Positions 6,701-11,929 of a DNA stretch of 11,929 nucleotides are shown in pieces. Both the position numbers and the translations under genes were made by a program. How positions within the stretch are numbered: the first letter of the stretch is position 1; every line of letters begins with the position of its first letter. A model generated the notes under the pieces. That model was given only the letters and a program-made list of their open reading frames with translations, was not told where the DNA came from and ran no database searches. The DNA is from Candidatus Thorarchaeota archaeon (GTDB taxonomy: Archaea > Asgardarchaeota > Thorarchaeia > Thorarchaeales > Thorarchaeaceae), in NCBI GenBank assembly GCA_016840855.1, contig JAEORO010000206.1, positions 1-11,929 on the forward strand, read 5' to 3'.

Positions 6701-9356
6701 GAGTTCGATTGTGGGATTCACACTATCGGTAACAGCCATACAGACCACCTTAGAAATTCTGAATGCGGGATCGATTCCGGTTGAAAATGGTCTCAATGAA
6801 ATTTTCAGAGTTCAATTGAGTTACCAACTCCTAAACGGGAGTGGAGTGGCTGGGGCTTTACCCACCATCATATTCACAGGACCTCAAGAGGGCCTTTCAT
6901 GGACCAATTTCAGCGACAATGACAATGGGCTGTATTCCCTAGATATTAAGTGCAATGTATCAGCGATTTATGGGATATCGATTACACTATCTAAGGCGTT
7001 TTATTACAGTACCACTGATGCCTTTACTTTGATTATTGATGAAACAGATAGCGAACTACTGCTTCTTAATGGCACAGTAGATGTCGTTCTATTTGGTAGT
7101 AATTATACTCTGGTTGTTGAATTTAGAAACAGCACTGGGACGGGTCTTGCAGGTGCCAATCTACAAGTCGTGACCATAACTCCAGCAAGTGGACTGACTC
7201 ATGATGGCTTTTCACATATTATTGATGGATACTATCAGATTACATTGACTCCTACAGCAGCTGGAGCATTCTCAATTGTAATCAGTGCCAGTATCATAAA
7301 TCATGTAACTCAATATAAGACGTTCACTCTGACTGCGACAGGAATTCCAACGATTCTTACATCATTGCCTTCAAGTGCAAGTATCGCTTTTGATCAAACC
7401 TTCACAGTTCAATTACACTTTCAGGATGAGAATTTGAATCCAATTGACTTTGCTAACTTCACAGTGACAAATCCACCAAGTGGTCTGATCATTTCAGAAG
7501 TTGTTTCAGTGGGGCCCGGGACAGGATTGTACAATTTCACGTTGACTCCGATACAAATAGGCACTTTCAATATTCTCTTTAGGAGTTCGATAGATAACTA
7601 TCAGAGTTCAAGTGCAGCTTTCACGCTTATCGTGACTGAGATTGAAACAAGAATTGAGTTTGCTGGTGGAGTTTCTTCTGCACTTGTTGAATTCCAGGAG
7701 TCATACCAACTAATAGTCTACTATTATCGTACCGACCTAGCAACGCTGGCAAATGTGAATGGAGCTAATGTTTCGGTCTTTGCCTATGATCCTGGACTCA
7801 ACATAGTTGTTAATGAAGTTGGAGGATATTATTTAATTACTATTACAGGCCAAACAGTAGGAACATGGTTCCTCACTATTTCAGCTAACAAGACAGATCA
7901 TTATGTAGCGACAAAGCAGTTTCTCTTTGAGGTTGCAGAGATTGATACATCAATTGAAGGATCTAATCCTCTAGAGTCACTCTTTGTTGGCCGATCCTAC
8001 TTGTTTAATTTCACTTATATGATTAAGTCAAACAGTAGTCATGTCTTTGGAGCAGATATCACACCATTAGGGGAAGGGGCAGATTGGATTTCGGTAGTAG
8101 AAATGGGTAGTGGTCAATATTCTATTGCACTGACTCCAGCTCTACTAGGGTCGCACAGCATAATTCTAGTATTTGGAAAATATGGATTTGAAACAGCCAG
8201 CTTCAGACTTACATTCAGCGTTTCCAGAGTACCCATATCAGTGGAAATCTTGGAAGGCCTTAGCGGTTTAGAGAAAACGCCAACTACTTTGAGAGTTAGC
8301 ATCACAGAGGCAAATACCGAAAATCCTGTTACAAATGCTACTGTATTCTATAGAATAAGATCGGCATTAACCGAGTATGCGGATGACCCAGTGAGAATGA
8401 CAGAGTCCAACATTCCTGGAATCTATATAGCGACATTGACTATGCCTGATGCAGACTCAGAATATCTTATCCAGATTTCTTGTGAGGCTGAGAATTACGA
8501 ACTCGATGAACCTCTTACAATGCCCTTCAGACAGACACGTAGCTTTACCTCACTCTTAATTGTATATTCAGAACGCTATTGGTGGATAATATTTGGTATT
8601 GTCGCTATTGTTGGAGCTGTAGGTTATAGAAGAAGTGCGAGAAAAAGAAGAATCAAACAAAACAAGATAACCCTCGCCATAAAGAAACGTTTTGATGATG
8701 TTAGAAGCTTGCTTGGTGTGATTGTACTTCACAAAGATAGCGGATTACCAGTCTACTCAAAAATCCTTAGGGAAGGTCTTGAAGAAAGCGTGATTTCAGC
8801 ATTCATATCAGCAATCACTAGTTTCCGAGGCGAGTTTGATATTGAAACGACAACTGAAGAATGGGGACTGATTCCAATCTCGGACATCGTCAGGGTTGTT
8901 TCTACAAACAAGCTAATTTGTGCCTTCATTACAACTAGCAATCCTTCACCTGAACAAAGGGAGAGAATGATCAAATTCGCAAAGACTGTAGGATTCATCT
9001 TTGACGAAACAATGGAAGATGTTCCAGTAGTTATTCTGGATCAACATACTACCAAGCAGTTTAATGCACTATTCGATGACATCCTCGATGGTTCCCTCTT
9101 GAGAATCTATAAGTTGGACGAGGACAAGAAGTTCGCAACAGCTACTTGTGCTGATGAACGGATAGCTCGCAAGCAAGGAGAGGAGTTCAAACTAGAAGAG
9201 CTTGCGTCGGAAATTGCAGCTTGCGGTCTCGAAGAGGGTCGGGTCTATCAAGCGATTATGCGTGCGTTGGAAAATCATTATCTAGTGGCTACTGATGAGT
9301 CCCCGTTTGCTACAAAGATAATCAGAGCACCTGACACTGTGGCGGAAGAGGGATAG
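3795..9356 (+). CDS. Giant single-pass cell-surface protein: signal peptide, CBM-like domain, Ig-like repeat array, TM helix, cytoplasmic longin-like domain
   Basis: Uninterrupted 5.6-kb ORF. RBS GAGGTGA (3783-3789) favours ATG 3795 over GTG 3786. N-terminal KR plus hydrophobic signal. S/T/N-rich beta-strand modules of about 100 aa. TM YWWIIFGIVAIVGAVGY (8577-8627) followed by RRSARKRR, then a ~240-aa alpha/beta tail. Confidence 0.9.
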   Translation: MHAKRYAILTLIAFSLILTQLALSTQESNEDVINEVSSGTGKSPVFRNINEVNDGRFTISQVNHAGVINPVSILQSGYQTTELKRGRTDTGGNTAGNITIDEANGWFVNSTGIEVTGLKRLYGLNGTFDDGTDPWIPYTIDGGANTQINSYNSTGGFIVCRNMGNYNPSGGGYYTHSELSEAGWEQVVTNTPESLTFKMEFNFRYVTGPLDPEGDDSFAGDVGVFWQLGSEGYYYPMQEFDSRETWYSVSHVFTVSPGLSTFSIYVGLYIGGGNVRVYINNDYDDDGVGDGIENAQNVTVYIDNVEFTSTTSPDFEDVGLSYHAGALSAPILGTETGTATITNPDFWNTSPLEYQITASANVLFTYSVTSLFQRYINSSWTTSLSSNGVSYSISSGMSSDLTFYTYITQPSGYYDSTFDILFPRDWENTTVWDPLMNNITSYCDVQPGKLHIPTSELSRSGWWEINLNGLNYAKNISVQVFDQDLGQWSENSLFRPGNETRIEVEIGTPSITPVGSDPVNITWFLPNEDIWTMDSITTMTGGAVTSSRWTFGSTNTTAGEWLIDILWTNGTEIAYQSVSFDLYHSASITATYPIIESDYGQTISNLITLKDADTNEFLLDDSVTIEANWSSSIIEFTQNYAKKWWEADFDTSLIGGGEFTVLVTASRPYFDTIITQFTVISLYRTTLEIVNTGSIPIENGLNEVFTAQIDYEFLNGTGIIGALPIITFSGPVGGLSWTNFIDNDNGHYSVDIICDIATTYGVTITLSKPYHYNSSDSFTLIISETGTELESLNGTADVVRFGDSYRLVVEYRNSTGQGLSGADLEIVSITPQTGLINGTFIPITSGYYEITLTPTTTGTYSIVISASLFNHETQYITFTLTGVVIPTILTSIPSSATVAVNQSFTLQLLFQDENLNPIDLATITDIDPPSGILISGAIPIGSGLYNITLKSSDIATYNLLFRASAVNYQSSIVGFTLSVTAIQTTLEILNAGSIPVENGLNEIFRVQLSYQLLNGSGVAGALPTIIFTGPQEGLSWTNFSDNDNGLYSLDIKCNVSAIYGISITLSKAFYYSTTDAFTLIIDETDSELLLLNGTVDVVLFGSNYTLVVEFRNSTGTGLAGANLQVVTITPASGLTHDGFSHIIDGYYQITLTPTAAGAFSIVISASIINHVTQYKTFTLTATGIPTILTSLPSSASIAFDQTFTVQLHFQDENLNPIDFANFTVTNPPSGLIISEVVSVGPGTGLYNFTLTPIQIGTFNILFRSSIDNYQSSSAAFTLIVTEIETRIEFAGGVSSALVEFQESYQLIVYYYRTDLATLANVNGANVSVFAYDPGLNIVVNEVGGYYLITITGQTVGTWFLTISANKTDHYVATKQFLFEVAEIDTSIEGSNPLESLFVGRSYLFNFTYMIKSNSSHVFGADITPLGEGADWISVVEMGSGQYSIALTPALLGSHSIILVFGKYGFETASFRLTFSVSRVPISVEILEGLSGLEKTPTTLRVSITEANTENPVTNATVFYRIRSALTEYADDPVRMTESNIPGIYIATLTMPDADSEYLIQISCEAENYELDEPLTMPFRQTRSFTSLLIVYSERYWWIIFGIVAIVGAVGYRRSARKRRIKQNKITLAIKKRFDDVRSLLGVIVLHKDSGLPVYSKILREGLEESVISAFISAITSFRGEFDIETTTEEWGLIPISDIVRVVSTNKLICAFITTSNPSPEQRERMIKFAKTVGFIFDETMEDVPVVILDQHTTKQFNALFDDILDGSLLRIYKLDEDKKFATATCADERIARKQGEEFKLEELASEIAACGLEEGRVYQAIMRALENHYLVATDESPFATKIIRAPDTVAEEG
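5847..7646 (+). repeat. Intragenic tandem duplication, two copies of about 900 bp (5847-6743 and 6744-7646)
   Basis: TTLEIVNTGSIPIENGLNEVF recurs as TTLEILNAGSIPVENGLNEIF at an 897-nt offset. The copies are colinear over 299 and 301 aa. By hand alignment 64 of 101 residues are identical in the first module. Confidence 0.95.
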
Positions 9357-9359
9357 AAA

Positions 9360-9385
9360 GAGAGGTGAGAGTGTCACCTCTCACC
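9360..9385. terminator. Stem-loop between convergent genes, putative bidirectional terminator
   Basis: GAGAGGTGA (9360-9368) pairs with TCACCTCTC (9374-9382), a 9-bp stem within the 37-nt gap between two stop codons. Confidence 0.6.
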
Positions 9386-9393
9386 AGAGATGT

Positions 9394-10203
9394 TTATTCA
9401 AGATTTCGAACCAAGTAATAGTCCACTATATTCTTCTTTCTAGCTAATGGCACTAAAAGAATCAGTAGAACTATGATGATGGTCACGACTGTGGCAGTCC
9501 AGAAGATTATCGGGATCGAAGACCACTTTGCAGCAATTCCTGGTGCAGCCCATACTACTACTAGAGCATAGGCAAGATCACGTCTTAGAACAATCATAAG
9601 AGATGTGATTAATAATGCCACGATAAGTACCAAAGCTGTCCAAAGATATTGGTCAGCATCAAGTAATGCAAATCCAGTTAATGTGTTGATTACCGATGCT
9701 GTGTTAGCTATAGTTGCTAGGGATATCCAACCAACATAGACACTGACAGGCAAATGAATAGCTATCTTCTGTTTCAGGGGTACTTCTTTAACACCAATTT
9801 CAAGCCTCACATATGTAAGAAGAAGGACCACTAGAAGACCAACAATCAAAGGTTCAGTCCAAACCAATAATGGACTATTCCCATATGAATAATGGAAAAC
9901 GAGTAGCCAGGCCACATTAAGAAATGCACCAATCAAATACAAGTAACCAATCTTTGCTAGGTATTCTTCACCCACTTGATTAGCTTTTGCTTGATAAAAG
10001 ACAAAGATCAAGAGGAGTACGTAAATCACACCCCAAATTGCGAAGACATAGCCTTGGGGGGTGAAATAGTTTGGAAAATAATCTGATACCTGACCAGTAT
10101 TTACACCATTAAATGGCAAGATATTTGCTAGCATATTCATCGCAATTGTGAACGCAACTGCGAAGATGTTTATTATTTGGAATGATTTGTAGTTAGCTGA
10201 CAT
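9394..10203 (-). CDS. TspO/MBR-related tryptophan-rich sensory membrane protein (long, about 8-TM type)
   Basis: Motifs NTGQVSDYFPNYFTPQGYVFAIWGVIY, LNVAWLLVF, PVSVYVGWISLATIAN and YALVVVWA. GGGAG lies upstream of the ATG. Confidence 0.8.
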   Translation of the reverse strand: MSANYKSFQIINIFAVAFTIAMNMLANILPFNGVNTGQVSDYFPNYFTPQGYVFAIWGVIYVLLLIFVFYQAKANQVGEEYLAKIGYLYLIGAFLNVAWLLVFHYSYGNSPLLVWTEPLIVGLLVVLLLTYVRLEIGVKEVPLKQKIAIHLPVSVYVGWISLATIANTASVINTLTGFALLDADQYLWTALVLIVALLITSLMIVLRRDLAYALVVVWAAPGIAAKWSSIPIIFWTATVVTIIIVLLILLVPLARKKNIVDYYLVRNLE

Positions 10204-10233
10204 AAAACTCCCAGCAATATTAACTATAGTTAG

Positions 10234-10241
10234 CTTATAAA
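10234..10241 (-). promoter_or_regulatory. Archaeal TATA box for the TspO-like gene
   Basis: TTTATAAG on the minus strand, about 30 nt upstream of ATG 10203, which would give a short leader. Confidence 0.5.
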
Positions 10242-10290
10242 TGTTACTGTTCTAATTTTGCCCTCGTATGAATTATTAACATAGAATGAC

Positions 10291-11076
10291 ATTCGAAACA
10301 ATAAGGATGAGCTTTCTAAACTTCTCTTTGAGCTTTCGAACGAGGACAGACTAAGAATCCTCAGGCTGTTACGCGATGATCCGACAAAGCTTACAAATCT
10401 GGCATCAACACTTGACTTGACAGTTCAAGAAACATCTCGACATCTCTCAAGATTGACGAAAGCGAAACTAATCCAGAAGGGCTCTGATGGAGCATACTCA
10501 ATCACAGTATATGGTTCACAACTTCAGGAAATTTTACCGTTCCTCTCATTTCTCACTAGGCACCAAGAGTACTTCATGACTCACACATTTCTTAAATTAC
10601 CACAGAGGTTCATCAGTCGTTTTGGGGACTTAGCAGAAGCTGAGTTGACAGACAATGCGATTGTATTATTCCAACATGTGGACAGTCTGATTTCGAGAGC
10701 GGCAGAGTATGTCTGGATACTTTCAGACCAAGCACTATCAAGTACATTCCCACTTCTCGAGCAGAGTCTTGCGAGAGGGGTTGAACTGAAAGTAGTTCTG
10801 CCAGCAGATATTGAAGTCCCAAAAATTCCAGAGGAAATGTTACCGGATTTTAGTAAATACAGAGGAAATCTAGTGCAACCAAGACACCTTGACAAGGTCA
10901 CACATGTAGTCATTCTATCTGAAGCAGAGGCGGTAGTTGTACTACCTGACCTTGATGGACGACTTGATTATCTTGGTTTTAAGATGGATGATGCAGTGGG
11001 ACATGCCTGGTGTCATGACCTCTTTCTTCATTTCTGGAACCAAACAAACCCAGTCAGTTATTACAGCTCTAGTTAG
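10291..11076 (+). CDS. ArsR-like winged-helix transcriptional regulator with a DUF1724/FilR1-like C-terminal domain; start uncertain
   Basis: The frame is open from 10285 and encodes DELSKLLFELSNEDRLRILRLLRDDPTKLTNLASTLDLTVQETSRHLSRL, an ArsR-type HTH that begins well before the track start at 10417. LPQRFISRFGDL and W..DLF..FW resemble this archaeal regulator family. The start given is the in-frame ATT. Confidence 0.8.
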   Translation: MRNNKDELSKLLFELSNEDRLRILRLLRDDPTKLTNLASTLDLTVQETSRHLSRLTKAKLIQKGSDGAYSITVYGSQLQEILPFLSFLTRHQEYFMTHTFLKLPQRFISRFGDLAEAELTDNAIVLFQHVDSLISRAAEYVWILSDQALSSTFPLLEQSLARGVELKVVLPADIEVPKIPEEMLPDFSKYRGNLVQPRHLDKVTHVVILSEAEAVVVLPDLDGRLDYLGFKMDDAVGHAWCHDLFLHFWNQTNPVSYYSSS

Positions 11077-11111
11077 AAGAGAGAGGTGTTATAGATGAAC
11101 TTGATTAAGTC

Positions 11112-11612
11112 TCATCTGGTTTTCTCCCAATCTTTCCGAATGGATGTTAGATGTCCTGTATGATAATTCAGATGTGTGAAAGCATTTGTCAACACTTCTC
11201 TATATGACATTCCAACAAAGAAAGATGGTGCAGTTCCTTTTTCGATTGTCCTTTCAAAATCAACTGACTTTGCTTTTTTCACCCAGTCAAACAAATTTGC
11301 CTCGCTGGCATCAAAATACTCCTGAATTTCAGAAAGTGGAGTCCCAATCCAATCCCCAGAAGTTCCGGGTCTATAAGCATCGAACAGCTCTGGATTCATT
11401 GGCGAGCCTTGCTCAATCAACATGTTCACAGTGAAGTCATAGACAGCGGCCTGATGTGCAAGAACCCATCCAAGGGAGGACATTCCACTCCGAGGACGAT
11501 AGGAAAGATTCTCACATCCAGCCTCTTTAAGGAGTCTGATTTCCATATCACGCCAGAGTCTCACACTCTTCGCAGCTAGCTGGACATGTTGAATATCATT
11601 CATTCTGATCAC
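11112..11612 (-). CDS. DinB/YfiT-like (DinB_2) four-helix-bundle metalloprotein
   Basis: SLGWVLAH and HLNYHTGHL supply the His triad typical of the DinB superfamily. Start is GTG 11612 or ATG 11603. Confidence 0.85.
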   Translation of the reverse strand: MIRMNDIQHVQLAAKSVRLWRDMEIRLLKEAGCENLSYRPRSGMSSLGWVLAHQAAVYDFTVNMLIEQGSPMNPELFDAYRPGTSGDWIGTPLSEIQEYFDASEANLFDWVKKAKSVDFERTIEKGTAPSFFVGMSYREVLTNAFTHLNYHTGHLTSIRKDWEKTR

Positions 11613-11677
11613 TTGCTGATTCGTGAGCTAGATTCTTTTTTACAATTTGTATTCGAGTAAAGATTACCATAGAAGGT

Positions 11678-11697
11678 GGGAGCGGCAAGCCGCTCCC
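11678..11697 (-). terminator. GC-rich hairpin just downstream of the upstream minus-strand gene
   Basis: On the minus strand GGGAGCGG-CTTG-CCGCTCCC, an 8-bp stem with a CUUG loop, 13 nt after the stop codon at 11711. Confidence 0.65.
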
Positions 11698-11710
11698 TGT
11701 TTCAATTACA

Positions 11711-11929
11711 TCATTTCCTCTCAGATCTAATTCTCAGACAAACAACGGAGATAGCGACTACACCAAGGATACCAACAGCAAATGAAGACACAATTAGACC
11801 CGTGATAAAGGCACTTGCGGCAGAGGGTGCAGTCGTTGGAAAGACTGAGAAAATTGGATCATGTGTAATTGAATAGCCATCCCATTGTGCGTAGCAGGAG
11901 CTGTAATAGTATGTCTGCCCCCACCAGCA
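11711..11929 (-). CDS. 3' end of a membrane-anchored surface protein (partial; not in the ORF track)
   Basis: Minus-strand frame open from the window edge: CWWGQTYYYSSCYAQWDGYSITHDPIFSVFPTTAPSAASAFITGLIVSSFAVGILGVVAISVVCLRIRSERK*. It shows a linker, a C-terminal TM helix and a basic tail. Confidence 0.8.
   Translation of the reverse strand, partial: CWWGQTYYYSSCYAQWDGYSITHDPIFSVFPTTAPSAASAFITGLIVSSFAVGILGVVAISVVCLRIRSERK

Noticed and set aside
5847-7646. The repeat as a DGR template/variable pair, CRISPR array or assembly artefact
   Set aside because: Both copies are in-frame coding sequence and diverge at all base types rather than only at adenines. There is no reverse transcriptase or spacer structure, and the copies are too divergent to be a misassembly.
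4028-8998. Short ORFs 4028-4240, 4705-4986, 5252-5461, 8114-8305 and 8753-8998
   Set aside because: All are nested within the giant CDS, with no recognisable motifs.
2994-9356. Idea that the ICMT-like enzyme and the longin-tailed protein form a prenyl-GTPase pathway
   Set aside because: ICMT-family homologues are widespread in prokaryotes. A gap of about 200 nt with a T-run separates the genes, and the window has no GTPase or CaaX substrate.
10581-11434. ORFs 10581-10913 (-), 10613-10822 (-) and 11186-11434 (+)
   Set aside because: Antisense to the well-supported regulator and DinB-family genes.
11676-11876. 66-aa plus-strand ORF
   Set aside because: It starts at the hairpin and is antisense to the better-supported minus-strand gene end at 11711-11929.

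Overview
Gene-dense archaeal chromosomal region. It is most consistent with an Asgard archaeon (Thorarchaeota-like); this is an inference from protein families, GGTGA-type ribosome-binding sites and a membrane-anchored longin-like domain. It encodes a 5'-truncated membrane protein, two small membrane proteins, an AlkZ/YcaQ (HTH_42) DNA glycosylase-like protein, MscL, an ICMT/PEMT-family methyltransferase, a ~1850-aa single-pass surface protein, a TspO-like protein divergent from an ArsR-type wHTH regulator, a DinB-family protein and the 3' end of another membrane-anchored surface protein. The main point of interest is the giant protein, which has a receptor-like layout: signal peptide, CBM-like domain with a DxDxDG motif, about 11 Ig-like modules (including a 3-module tandem duplication), one TM helix, then a cytoplasmic longin-like domain and a possible winged helix. 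Also notable are an MscL whose usual C-terminal helix motif sits at the N-terminus, and a regulator whose HTH has no in-frame canonical start codon. No rRNA, tRNA, CRISPR array or mobile element is supported.
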